Shown: piece after piece, positions 1 through 9,032 of the stretch | How positions within the stretch are numbered: position 1 is the first letter of the stretch | Layout of the letters: every line of letters begins with the position of its first letter | Translations under genes and position numbers: made by a program | Notes under the pieces: generated by a model | Told to the model about the DNA's origin: nothing | What the model saw: the letters and a program-made list of their open reading frames with translations, nothing else | Databases searched by the model: none | Virus record (IMG/VR): IMGVR_UViG_2728369355_000004 | DNA length: 64,000 nt | From: a virus | Taxonomy: Duplodnaviria > Caudoviricetes | Strand: one strand, 5' to 3'

Positions 1-25
1 ACATCAGCGTGTCTTTAACTTCCAT
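1..25 (-). CDS. 5' end of putative holin-like type I toxin peptide (runs off window)
   Basis: RBS GAAGGGAGGTGA followed by ATG GAA GTT AAA GAC ACG CTG ATG (MEVKDTLM), resembling Bacillota holin-like toxin N-termini; structured leader upstream. Confidence 0.55.
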
Positions 26-167
26 GGCGTCACCTCCCTTCCGGGAGATTAGCCGACCGCCCTTTATAGCCGTTTTGTCGCACAATCCAGATTATACCAC
101 AACCAAGCCCCAGGTAGGTCCCGAGCTTGTTTAATTAATAGAATTCAATTTTGAACTAGCGTTCTAG

Positions 168-437
168 TTAGTTATAGGGTTCCCAGTTCGGGTCGCGTAT
201 ATCTTTATCTAAGGCTTTTCTCACAAACTCTATGCATTTTTCTTCGCAAGCGCCAAATACTTTATAATTTTGCTGGCCCTGTCTTAAAGATACTATGTTT
301 GCCCCTCCATCATAATCCGGATCTGCAAACTGAATACCATCATCTTCCCAAAAACAAATTTTACAAATATCATAGGTTCCAGGCGGTTCATCGTCTAAGG
401 TTTTGTAACCACAGCAAGGACAAGTATATTTTCCCAC
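168..437 (-). CDS. CPCC-family cysteine-rich protein
   Basis: CPCCGY..YDICKICFWEDD motif; RBS AGGAGAGG. Confidence 0.85.
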   Translation of the reverse strand: MGKYTCPCCGYKTLDDEPPGTYDICKICFWEDDGIQFADPDYDGGANIVSLRQGQQNYKVFGACEEKCIEFVRKALDKDIRDPNWEPYN

Positions 438-560
438 CGCTATAAGACCTCTCCTTATTATGTATCTATTTTTTTGTTCCGTTAGCTAGTTATGTGATTC
501 CTTCATTACTTGTAATTAAAGGAGATAGGAAGATATCTTTTGGATAAACCGCTTTAAACA

Positions 561-821
561 TCAATATATCGGTCTGTATATCCTGTCCGTATCTGTATCA
601 ATCACGAAACCAACCTCTGTGTCATCTTCAAAACGTAATCGATCAAAATTATGAAGTCGACAAAATATATCAGGTAAATCTCTAATATTAAGACTCAGCA
701 TTTTTGCTTGTATATACTTTTGATATAGTTCTTCTTGTGTACATAGGGGACCAGTAATCAAATTCTGAAAAAAGTAACCTTCAATTTTAATAATCATAAT
801 ATCACCACTGGTGGTAACCAT
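561..821 (-). CDS. Hypothetical protein
   Basis: 86-aa ORF ending VIDTDTDRIY; lies between cassette-like sites. Confidence 0.6.
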   Translation of the reverse strand: MVTTSGDIMIIKIEGYFFQNLITGPLCTQEELYQKYIQAKMLSLNIRDLPDIFCRLHNFDRLRFEDDTEVGFVIDTDTDRIYRPIY

Positions 822-934
822 TCTTTATAAATTTAGAATACTTACATAACAATAGCTCAACTAAAGCGCATGTTAAGTTAACCTTTGTGAACAAGTTAAA
901 TCTCCCTTGCTACCACATTTGTTTATGATAGCTT

Positions 935-1342
935 CTATTTTTCCGTTAATTTATTAAATATCTCTCTATCATTGGAAGTGAAGTCGGAAATCCGTTTCTT
1001 TTTCACGTATGTGTTGGTACTTGAATCCAATTTAATGAAGCTATTTTCACCAACCACATATACGATATTTTTTTTTATCTTATATGACACAATATTATCA
1101 ACAGCTTTTTCCAGTGGATCAGCAAGATGATTATAAAGTATTAAAGGGTCTTGCGGCCCCCCTCTCAAAATTTGAAAAGTCCCGTCACCAAAATATTCTA
1201 CGGTATCTTTGCCTGATGGGTATTTATACTTCGTATTATCTCCAAAATTCACCAGGAAAATTAGAGTAGTAGTTGTAACTAGTATAGCAATCAAGATAAT
1301 GATGTATCTACGCTTCATCTGCAATTCATACCTCACTTCCAA
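935..1342 (-). CDS. Membrane-anchored protein, candidate immunity protein
   Basis: N-terminal hydrophobic helix; overlaps the 3' end of the upstream Hcp-like fusion. Confidence 0.6.
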   Translation of the reverse strand: MEVRYELQMKRRYIIILIAILVTTTTLIFLVNFGDNTKYKYPSGKDTVEYFGDGTFQILRGGPQDPLILYNHLADPLEKAVDNIVSYKIKKNIVYVVGENSFIKLDSSTNTYVKKKRISDFTSNDREIFNKLTEK

Positions 1343-2475
1343 GCTTTTCTTATATCAGTTACTGTAACATACGATGTATACTCATTGAGCGTTCCCCATG
1401 ATTCCATTAAATTTGTTAGATTGGCCGCAGCCCAACCAAGTTTGTTATCCCCAGTAAACATTTGTTTAAAATTATATTCGAAATTATATACATCATAATA
1501 TATTGCAGTAATTTTCCATTGCCCGTGAACGTAATCTCCATTTATTTTATAATACATGTTGTGAAAAGCATTATATAAATCTCTATTACTTTCTAGCCCC
1601 TCAGATCCATTATATGAAAAACTTTTAACTTTATTAGCTTTAGCTTTTTTGACTGCGGCATTAACTATGGCGATGTGCTCTTTAGATTTTTTAACTTGCT
1701 GCGCCTCGTATGACCATTCGTTAAAGTTTAAATTTCCTGGTTTGTAATCAAGTGAATGTTTAAGTAAATTGGCTGTGATGTCCCCGTACTTTTTTCGAGC
1801 TATAGGAACAGCTACTAATGTAAATGCTTTACGATCAGGATAATGTATTACAGTGTCTGTCGAATCTTTTACCTTCTCTACGCCTCGTACCCAAGTCTTT
1901 TCTAGTTCTACCATAGGATTTTCAAACGGAAAAGTAATATTTCCTGCATATACTAACATATTCTTACTATATGCACCTTCCAGTACTTTTTGCGAGACAT
2001 CAGACTGATCCTTTTCTCTTGTTTCCTTAGGTTCTAACTGAGGACTGTATTGAATTTTTCCCAATTGATCTTCTTTTTGTTTTAGAACAAGTTCAAACTC
2101 AAGGATCTCTTTACTGGTATCAATCTGTTCTTGATACTTAACTACATAAGCGTGTGTAAACGTAATATCTCGGATTGTGTTTTCATTTCTAACGATTTGG
2201 ATATTACATTTGCGATAGTAATCCTCACTATCAGGTTTATATTCTGTGTTTGCCCATGTATACAGCATGTTGGAATTATCCGCATTGTCTATAACTGAAG
2301 GAAGCGAATGAAGCGGAATTTTGCTTCGAATATGTAGCGAATGAGCCAAGTTTGTAGACTTAGCTGAAAGGTTTATGGAACTATTATTCTTATAAGTAAA
2401 GCCAGTGATTTCACCTTTTACAAACTCAATTGGCTCACCACCGGATTTGCGTTCTATTCTTAATGAAATACTCAT
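1333..2475 (-). CDS. Hcp/TssD-like tube domain fused to C-terminal extension (candidate effector)
   Basis: YYRKCNIQIV..IRDITFTHAYVVKYQEQ..FELVLKQK resembles Firmicute Hcp-like tube proteins; RBS AAAGGAGA before ATG 2475. Confidence 0.6.
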   Translation of the reverse strand: MSISLRIERKSGGEPIEFVKGEITGFTYKNNSSINLSAKSTNLAHSLHIRSKIPLHSLPSVIDNADNSNMLYTWANTEYKPDSEDYYRKCNIQIVRNENTIRDITFTHAYVVKYQEQIDTSKEILEFELVLKQKEDQLGKIQYSPQLEPKETREKDQSDVSQKVLEGAYSKNMLVYAGNITFPFENPMVELEKTWVRGVEKVKDSTDTVIHYPDRKAFTLVAVPIARKKYGDITANLLKHSLDYKPGNLNFNEWSYEAQQVKKSKEHIAIVNAAVKKAKANKVKSFSYNGSEGLESNRDLYNAFHNMYYKINGDYVHGQWKITAIYYDVYNFEYNFKQMFTGDNKLGWAAANLTNLMESWGTLNEYTSYVTVTDIRKAWK

Positions 2476-2689
2476 TAAAATAATCTCCTTTGTTAATTTA
2501 ATCTGGTTTTGTAGGAAAAATTTATGAAAACTAATTTCCAAATATTAATATATACGAAAAATATTAAATAGTAAACATATTTTCAACGTGGTAAAGGACG
2601 ACAATTGAGTTTCGTAACCTCGGCAAATTATATGAAGAAGCTAAAACGAAATATAATCCAGCCTAACACAGGCCTGTTAAAAACGATAA

Positions 2690-2726
2690 AAGCTCTGCCG
2701 ACCAATTAAGGTTAGCAGAGCTTTTA
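2690..2726 (-). terminator. Rho-independent terminator
   Basis: AAGCTCTGC...GCAGAGCTT hairpin flanked by A/T tracts, right after the stop at 2729. Confidence 0.7.
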
Positions 2727-2728
2727 AT

Positions 2729-3775
2729 TTATTTAGAGTATTCACTTACTTCAAATGTTAGGATACGATCAAACAGCATATAATCCTTACGGCTGCTGAA
2801 TGGGCCTTTATTGTTATCGTGCTTGTTAATAGCATATGAAGCAGATCCTGAACCTGCCTGTTTGCCCTCATACCATGAAATGAAGTCATTGACCTCTTTC
2901 ATGCTCAGGTCGAATTCTTTCTCCAAACCAGTTGTCATGGTGACTACCAGAATGGCACGGTTGCCTGAAGGTTGTTCAGGATCAGGTTGTTCGCCTCCAC
3001 CTCCTTGTGGAGTGGCAGAAGCCTCATTTGAGTATTCAGAATCGACGCCATTCACTTTAGCACTGACCACAAAATAATATTTTGTTCCGTTGGTCAGGCC
3101 GGGGATAACGAAGTTGCCGTATACATCTTTAGTAGCTGTGGCGGTTTCAGTGTATTTGCCTGATTCTGTTCCGTACTTGACTGTATAGCTTTCTGCGTTC
3201 TCAATTTTATCCCATTTTAAAGTAACCTGACTGTCTCCAGCTGTTGCTTTGAGATTAGTGGCAGTATTAACATCCAACAATTTTCCATTTTTATCAATAT
3301 CGATTGCATCCAAATCATAGACACCGGAAAACTGTGGAACAGTAATTGTTACATTATGCCTTCCTTCTGATAGTCCTGTTTTTTCAAATGTTAGATTTTG
3401 TCTTGAAAACGGTCCACTTTGAGAAAAAACTTCATTAACATTATCTATTGTAATCTGCACATTATTTGGCCTATCTGGATATCTTGTACCAATTAGTCTC
3501 AGTTTTGTTCCATAGAATGAGAACTTAATCTGCGCTCCTGATTGGCTCGTCCATTTTGAAGTGCTGTTGTATTCATCCCCAGAATAATCATCTACCCACG
3601 ATCCAAGGTACTTAATACTCTTATTCCCATCATCATAACGTTCCCATCCTTCTTCTCGTTCAGCAAGCCTTTGTCCTACTGAAGCTGCGTAAGAACTTGA
3701 GTTAAAAAACGTGATCATTACAAACAAAAGAACTCCGAACAAAATACCAAATTTTTTTGTAAAACGAATACTCAC
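2729..3775 (-). CDS. Secreted fibronectin type III domain protein with conserved C-terminal domain
   Basis: Signal peptide; FN3 motif (NLKATAGDSQVTLKW..GLTNGTKYYFVVSA); C-terminal ~75 aa shared with 4615..5403; GTG start after GGGGGA. Confidence 0.8.
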   Translation of the reverse strand: MSIRFTKKFGILFGVLLFVMITFFNSSSYAASVGQRLAEREEGWERYDDGNKSIKYLGSWVDDYSGDEYNSTSKWTSQSGAQIKFSFYGTKLRLIGTRYPDRPNNVQITIDNVNEVFSQSGPFSRQNLTFEKTGLSEGRHNVTITVPQFSGVYDLDAIDIDKNGKLLDVNTATNLKATAGDSQVTLKWDKIENAESYTVKYGTESGKYTETATATKDVYGNFVIPGLTNGTKYYFVVSAKVNGVDSEYSNEASATPQGGGGEQPDPEQPSGNRAILVVTMTTGLEKEFDLSMKEVNDFISWYEGKQAGSGSASYAINKHDNNKGPFSSRKDYMLFDRILTFEVSEYSK

Positions 3776-3949
3776 AAATATTCCCCCTAAGTAATCTCTA
3801 TAACAGATACTACGGTAATATATTCCTCGAATCATGTCTAAACATAAACTTGCTAATCTATAAATATGTTCTATATTCTTGCATATTTATTTTTTATTGG
3901 ATATTAAAAATGACTCATGCCAGCTTCTATACTGGTTGAGTCCTTATCT

Positions 3950-4378
3950 TTATTTCACTATGAATCTTACCTTAGTTCCGTCTGCATATTTATCTAACTG
4001 ATGACTTACCCATGATCCTGCTCCCCGGTTATCACTAGGCGTTATGTATCGGATATCAGCACCTGCACCGCCTTCTGCACACATTGCCATCGGCCATTCA
4101 TCGCGGTCATATCCTTTTTTCGTCGGATAGCCCTTGAGCGACTCCTTCCTATTTTCCTCGGCTCCATCCCTGTCAATCGTGCATACTGCGGAATGTCCGG
4201 CTGCAATGGCATCTCTAATATGTCCCCCTGTTTCAGGGTAGCGTGAACTTGGAAACTCCAACGTATACCCAGCTACTGCTTGTTGACTGATTACTGCCGG
4301 TTCAGCATAAACACCTTGAACAGAAAAAATAGCTGCCAACAAAAATACGATTAATCCTTTTGCGATTCCTTTTATCAT
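3950..4378 (-). CDS. nucB: NucA/NucB-family secreted deoxyribonuclease
   Basis: [26 protein letters not shown] and SDNRGAGSW motifs; signal peptide. Confidence 0.9.
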   Translation of the reverse strand: MIKGIAKGLIVFLLAAIFSVQGVYAEPAVISQQAVAGYTLEFPSSRYPETGGHIRDAIAAGHSAVCTIDRDGAEENRKESLKGYPTKKGYDRDEWPMAMCAEGGAGADIRYITPSDNRGAGSWVSHQLDKYADGTKVRFIVK

Positions 4379-4614
4379 ATGACACCTCCATAGTATTTAA
4401 TCTTCTCAATACTATATTGGGAGAAATGTCGAAGTATCGCGTATATTGTCACATAATAAAAAGAACTCATACCAGTTTTCGGGCAGAGCTCATTACTCCA
4501 GAAATTAAAAACCACATTTAAACTTATTTTTGTATATATAGACATTAATGTTTAGACATCCCTTTTTCAATTTTGTATGATTACTGAGCAAATAAACAAA
4601 AAGGGGACTTATAC

Positions 4615-5403
4615 ATGAAAAGAAAGCTCAATTTAATTTTATGCTTCACTTTACTTATTACTATTTTTCTCCCATTGTCATCAGTGAGTGCCTATACTGG
4701 AGGGTATGCCAACGGAAAAAATGTAGTTGCAATGGTACCTGATACTTATTTTATAGGAAGACCGCATGTAAGCAAAGCAAATACAACGCTTATAACAGAT
4801 AACAATGAAGAAACAAGCTACTTACTTCCTAAAGATAAGATGATTATGATTGATTTAGGTACAGATAGAACTATTGATTCATATAAGCTTAAAAGTGATT
4901 ATAAAAGTTTAAGAATTAGTTTCTACGACCGAGACACAGGCTATATAGACCAATTAGAAACCAACGTTGGTAATGGAGAACTGACGAAGCTTCCAAATGA
5001 AAAATTGTTAGAACGTGTTAGATTTGTCACTTTGTATACGCTTAGTGGCGAAGACATTAATATTAGCGAATTCGACTTCTTTTATAGTAAAGATCCAGGG
5101 TCAACTCCAGATCCTACACCTACACCCGACCCCACACCTACTCCGGGCCCAGAACAGCCAACCGGTGAACGCGCAATCTTAGTTGTCACTATGGATACTG
5201 GTCTTGAAAAAGAGTTTGACCTGAGTATGAAAGAAGTTAATGATTTTATTGCATGGTATGAGGCTAAACAAGCGGGTTCAGGCACAGCTTCTTATGCAAT
5301 TAATAAACATAAAAATAACATAGGCCCTTTTAGCAGTCGCAATGATTACGTAATATTCAATAAAATCCTTACATTTGAAGTAAGCGAATACTCAACTAAA
5401 TAA
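4615..5403 (+). CDS. Secreted protein with PT-rich linker and conserved C-terminal domain
   Basis: Signal peptide; TPDPTPTPDPTPTP linker; RAILVVTM.TGLEKEFDLSMKEVNDFI.WYE tail. Confidence 0.8.
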   Translation: MKRKLNLILCFTLLITIFLPLSSVSAYTGGYANGKNVVAMVPDTYFIGRPHVSKANTTLITDNNEETSYLLPKDKMIMIDLGTDRTIDSYKLKSDYKSLRISFYDRDTGYIDQLETNVGNGELTKLPNEKLLERVRFVTLYTLSGEDINISEFDFFYSKDPGSTPDPTPTPDPTPTPGPEQPTGERAILVVTMDTGLEKEFDLSMKEVNDFIAWYEAKQAGSGTASYAINKHKNNIGPFSSRNDYVIFNKILTFEVSEYSTK

Positions 5404-5427
5404 ACAGTACGAAGGACTCCATTCTGG

Positions 5428-5661
5428 CTACATACCAGTGGAGTCCTTTTTCACATCTACTCTAAATTCAAATTGATTCCGTATGTAATACACCCCAGCA
5501 ATCTTAACCGAATCAGGCGAAAACTTTTCTATAGTGCCACCATAGTCTATAACCGATATAAAATCCTCACCTAACGGCTGTACAACATATACTCTCACCT
5601 GGCTTAATGCAGCTGCAAATAGTTCGATATCCGACTTTAATACTTTATATGTATGGTTCAT
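5428..5661 (-). CDS. Hypothetical protein
   Basis: 77-aa ORF with RBS GAGGTGA. Confidence 0.7.
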   Translation of the reverse strand: MNHTYKVLKSDIELFAAALSQVRVYVVQPLGEDFISVIDYGGTIEKFSPDSVKIAGVYYIRNQFEFRVDVKKDSTGM

Positions 5662-5713
5662 GCTATCACCTCAGTAATTCATTCGGCGCATGGTGGTAAA
5701 TTCCTGCAAGTAA

Positions 5714-5756
5714 AAAATTCCCCGCCAAGCAATTAAGGTTAGCGGGGAATTTATTT
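5714..5756 (-). terminator. Terminator after propeptide gene
   Basis: AAATTCCCCGC...GCGGGGAATTT hairpin with T-tract on minus strand. Confidence 0.75.
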
Positions 5757-5764
5757 GCTTACGC

Positions 5765-5887
5765 TTAAGCCCCTCCTTGTTGATCGAAAAGTACGATATT
5801 CTGATGGTGGCTATGAGTCTGAGCAGGTATAGTCACGATAAACAAAAAACTAGCTGCGACAATCAATAGCGCCATTTTTCTTAACAT
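5765..5887 (-). CDS. 40-aa secreted signalling propeptide (AloP/Phr-like); not in ORF track
   Basis: Translates MLRKMALLIVAASFLFIVTIPAQTHSHHQNIVLFDQQGGA*: basic N-terminus, hydrophobic core, polar tail; overlaps receptor 3' end and precedes a terminator. Confidence 0.8.
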   Translation of the reverse strand: MLRKMALLIVAASFLFIVTIPAQTHSHHQNIVLFDQQGGA

Positions 5888-7265
5888 CAGCTATCCACAC
5901 CCTTTCAATAAATTCTAAATATGCTGCCTTGGTTTCGGATACTGCATAAGCTCGATAACGCTCAAACAACACCATACATTTTATAAAATAAGTCTCATTA
6001 TTTAGTGTATGATAACTTACCATTGAATACATCAAGTATTTGAAGCCATCGTCGTATGTACCTCGATATAAATGATAATAAGCTAATTCATAACTCAAAC
6101 GTGCATACTGTTCTGGTATAACTTGTTTCGTATATATGTCATTAGATTGCGGAAATTGCAAAAGTGAATTAACATCCGTTTCAAAACGCTGAAGTATATC
6201 ACTTACGTCTATCTGGTATCGGTTTGCCGTCATCATAATGTTCAACAGTTGGGCAACTTTATCTTGTTCAGATGTATCTGATGGTGCACCAATGTATTCA
6301 ACATAATCATATAAGGCGTTTATATCTCCAGATAAAAGCTTATTTGCGACAGCGTTAGCTTGCGCCCAACCTTTGAATAAATTAATCCAATATAGTGTAT
6401 CCTCGTCCATCTCTCTAACCCACTCTAAATCCGCATAGGCGTATGTATATTGTAGAGCTTGCTGATAATCGCCTTTGGCTTCACAGACACCTGCACACAG
6501 CAGGTCAGCATAAGAAATGTACACAAACAGAGGACGCGTTAGCTTGTTAGTAGATTCACATTCCCGACTCTTGTGTTCGTGTTTCAAATTATATTGAATT
6601 TCCGCTTTAGCTCTCATTAATTTAGCTATTTCGTCAACCTTGTCCCATTTACGCAAAGACCTGTACACATTAGCCAAATCCTTTAACGCATCAAGTTGTT
6701 CTAAATCATCTAGGCGCTCGACATAAGGCTCAAATAGTATAGCTGCCTTGTGATTGCGGCTTTGATCGTCTCCAACTTGAATCGTAAATATACGATATTG
6801 ACAGACTGCCAATCGTTCTGAATGTTGATATTTCTCCGCTTCAGCTACCCCCTCATAGAGCAGCAATGCAGCCGCATGTCGTTCCTGCGACAACAATTCT
6901 TCTGCAATGTCAAATAGTTTGGGCGAATACAGTAGATTGTCCATGATAGCTCCCACCACTCGACGGATCGCATCCAACTTGTCCAAGTCCGCACAGCGAA
7001 ACAAAAATGGCTCGATTCGCCTCATATTTGGAGGATGTTCGATGATGTAATTTTCCACGAACAAGTCGTAAAAATGGCCTTCTGGCAAACCCATAGCCTC
7101 AGTAATTCGATCCAGTTGTTTAATAGACAAAGGCTTATTTCCTGTTACAATAGCACTTACTGCTCCCCTATTCATATCCGCAATATGACCAAATTGTGTT
7201 AAACTCAATCCTTCTTGTTGTAGGTATCTGTCTAATTCTGCTCTAATCGTAGGTGTATGCTTCAT
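5850..7265 (-). CDS. HTH plus TPR-like RRNPP-family peptide receptor (AloR-like)
   Basis: N-terminal XRE HTH, long helical body, immediately followed by propeptide; ATG 7265 after GAAGGTGG. Confidence 0.8.
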   Translation of the reverse strand: MKHTPTIRAELDRYLQQEGLSLTQFGHIADMNRGAVSAIVTGNKPLSIKQLDRITEAMGLPEGHFYDLFVENYIIEHPPNMRRIEPFLFRCADLDKLDAIRRVVGAIMDNLLYSPKLFDIAEELLSQERHAAALLLYEGVAEAEKYQHSERLAVCQYRIFTIQVGDDQSRNHKAAILFEPYVERLDDLEQLDALKDLANVYRSLRKWDKVDEIAKLMRAKAEIQYNLKHEHKSRECESTNKLTRPLFVYISYADLLCAGVCEAKGDYQQALQYTYAYADLEWVREMDEDTLYWINLFKGWAQANAVANKLLSGDINALYDYVEYIGAPSDTSEQDKVAQLLNIMMTANRYQIDVSDILQRFETDVNSLLQFPQSNDIYTKQVIPEQYARLSYELAYYHLYRGTYDDGFKYLMYSMVSYHTLNNETYFIKCMVLFERYRAYAVSETKAAYLEFIERVWIADVKKNGAIDCRS

Positions 7266-7505
7266 ATCATATCCACCTTCCACACAGAAATTCCAAAACT
7301 TTTTATTATTGCATTCTATTGTTGTCCATAATTTAGCAGTTGTCAATAAGTTTTGAAATATATGTCATGCAATACTTAAATGAAATATGTATTTTCGAAT
7401 ATTAATGGTTTGTTACCATTTTGTTAATAATAATGTACATTTTATTCCTTTTTCTGTGGTATGATTGGTTAGTAGTACAAATTATACCATTCGAGAGGAC
7501 GGTTT

Positions 7506-7967
7506 TTGATGAACTTTAAAAACACAGCAATTATCCTTACAAGTGCTTTGGCTCTAATGGCAGTAGCTCCTGTAGCTGCTTCTGCCGCACCAGTTACGGG
7601 GGTTACATTCTCGAAGGATCACGGAGGTATAGTTATCCAAAAAACTGGTCCAGAGACACATGAGGTTCTTGGTGGGACAAGTCCGTTGATGGAATTTACT
7701 GTTGAAAAAGGTTATGGGCACGTAAGTATTAAAGTGAAGAATACAGGGACATCAACAATTACGTGGAGCTTGGTGCATAAAGATTCTGGGAGACAGTACA
7801 TTACAAAGACCGTAGGCAAAAGAGACACATTACCATGGGATAGTCTCAATTCATTCCCAAATGGAATGCCTTCAGGAAAATACGAAGTTCAATTCAGAGC
7901 CAACGGAGACAGAGTTGAAGGCGAAGCTTGGGCTATTACTGGTCAGTACCCATCAGACATTAGCTAA
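7506..7967 (+). CDS. Secreted hypothetical protein
   Basis: Signal peptide ending AASA; divergent from the receptor gene. Confidence 0.75.
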   Translation: MMNFKNTAIILTSALALMAVAPVAASAAPVTGVTFSKDHGGIVIQKTGPETHEVLGGTSPLMEFTVEKGYGHVSIKVKNTGTSTITWSLVHKDSGRQYITKTVGKRDTLPWDSLNSFPNGMPSGKYEVQFRANGDRVEGEAWAITGQYPSDIS

Positions 7968-8229
7968 CCGTTACTACAAACAGGGGAGCGTCTTGGAATT
8001 AAATCCAAGGCGCTTTAATACATATGTACAAAAATCAAGTTACGTTGCTGGATTTTTATCACTTCTTTTTGCCCAAATTCCGGGTGGGCAAGGTCCTGCA
8101 CTTGGGGCTGCAATTATTGGATCAGGAGCAGGAGTGCTTGCACAACTCCTTAAAGCCAAAGACAAGGGAAAAGGAATTACAGTTAACCTGATGTGGACTG
8201 GTTACTCCATTTCAACTAATTACAACTAA
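7965..8229 (+). pseudogene. Probable 5'-truncated bacteriocin-like gene remnant
   Basis: Gly/Ala-rich amphipathic frame (GPALGAAIIGSGAGVLAQLL..KGKGITVNLMWTG) with no credible independent start. Confidence 0.4.
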
Positions 8230-8232
8230 TTA

Positions 8233-8556
8233 TTGATTGTCTTTCTTAAACAGCCCCTTGGCGGCAAGGAAAGCTACATAATAGTAAAGGGAGCTGATAT
8301 TATCTATAATTCATTTACCTCAATATTTTTTGTTGTATTGACCGCAATTTCCCTTATAACGCTTCCAAAATTGGAAGCGAGGGTAAGTAAAAGTACAATG
8401 TTAAAAGTGAGAGTTGCAATAACAGTAATAACCCTGCTTATAGGAGTCATTCTCTATATAATTGACCCTCAGTGGTGGATCATTGTTGCTTTTGCATTGT
8501 ATTTCTGTATACTTCCGATAATTTTGAAATGGCGTAGAAAATCACGTCGACCTTAG
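8233..8556 (+). CDS. Small membrane protein (3 TM), possible immunity protein
   Basis: Three hydrophobic segments and a basic tail; start uncertain. Confidence 0.55.
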   Translation: MIVFLKQPLGGKESYIIVKGADIIYNSFTSIFFVVLTAISLITLPKLEARVSKSTMLKVRVAITVITLLIGVILYIIDPQWWIIVAFALYFCILPIILKWRRKSRRP

Positions 8557-8688
8557 TATATACCTACTATTTATTTATGAGTTGCCATACTCAGCGTCAA
8601 AACAAAGCCTTCCTTTAACGGAGGGCTTTTGTAATACATATCAACACAAAAAATACCCTACCAGCTAAATGCCAGTAGGGTATTTGCT

Positions 8689-9030
8689 TTATACAGATTT
8701 AATTTTATTTGGGTTAAATTCTTCCCATGCTTTTTGGACAGCCGCTTCGACCTCTTCCGGCTTGATAGATACGCCGATCTGATCCATCTTGACAGTCAGG
8801 TACTTAACAGCTTCGTGAAATTTTTCTGCACCAGCTCCAGCATAATTACGCTCTACCCATGAATAGGCGTCTTGGGCCAGTTGTCCAATTCTGTTGCGCT
8901 GCTCGATGCTGAAACGTGCTTCATAAATTGGCTTAACTTTGCGATACAAGGAGGCCGCCAGTATAAGCATACCAAGCGTACCAAGTCCAATCAGTGACAG
9001 CGTAATATTTGTGATATATTGTTCGATCAT
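8689..9030 (-). CDS. Phage holin, LL-H-like
   Basis: One TM; GAEKFHEAV.YL and EVEAAVQKAW pattern; next to endolysin. Confidence 0.75.
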   Translation of the reverse strand: MIEQYITNITLSLIGLGTLGMLILAASLYRKVKPIYEARFSIEQRNRIGQLAQDAYSWVERNYAGAGAEKFHEAVKYLTVKMDQIGVSIKPEEVEAAVQKAWEEFNPNKIKSV

Positions 9031-9032
9031 AG

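Noticed and set aside
2511-2528. Further palindrome copy GTAGGAAAAATTTATGAA
   Set aside because: Right arm too degenerate in AT-rich DNA.
5100-5150. Tandem DNA repeat
   Set aside because: Only encodes a Pro-Thr linker.
2729-5403. Diversity-generating retroelement TR/VR pair or shufflon
   Set aside because: No reverse transcriptase or invertase nearby; differences are mostly synonymous and not adenine-specific.
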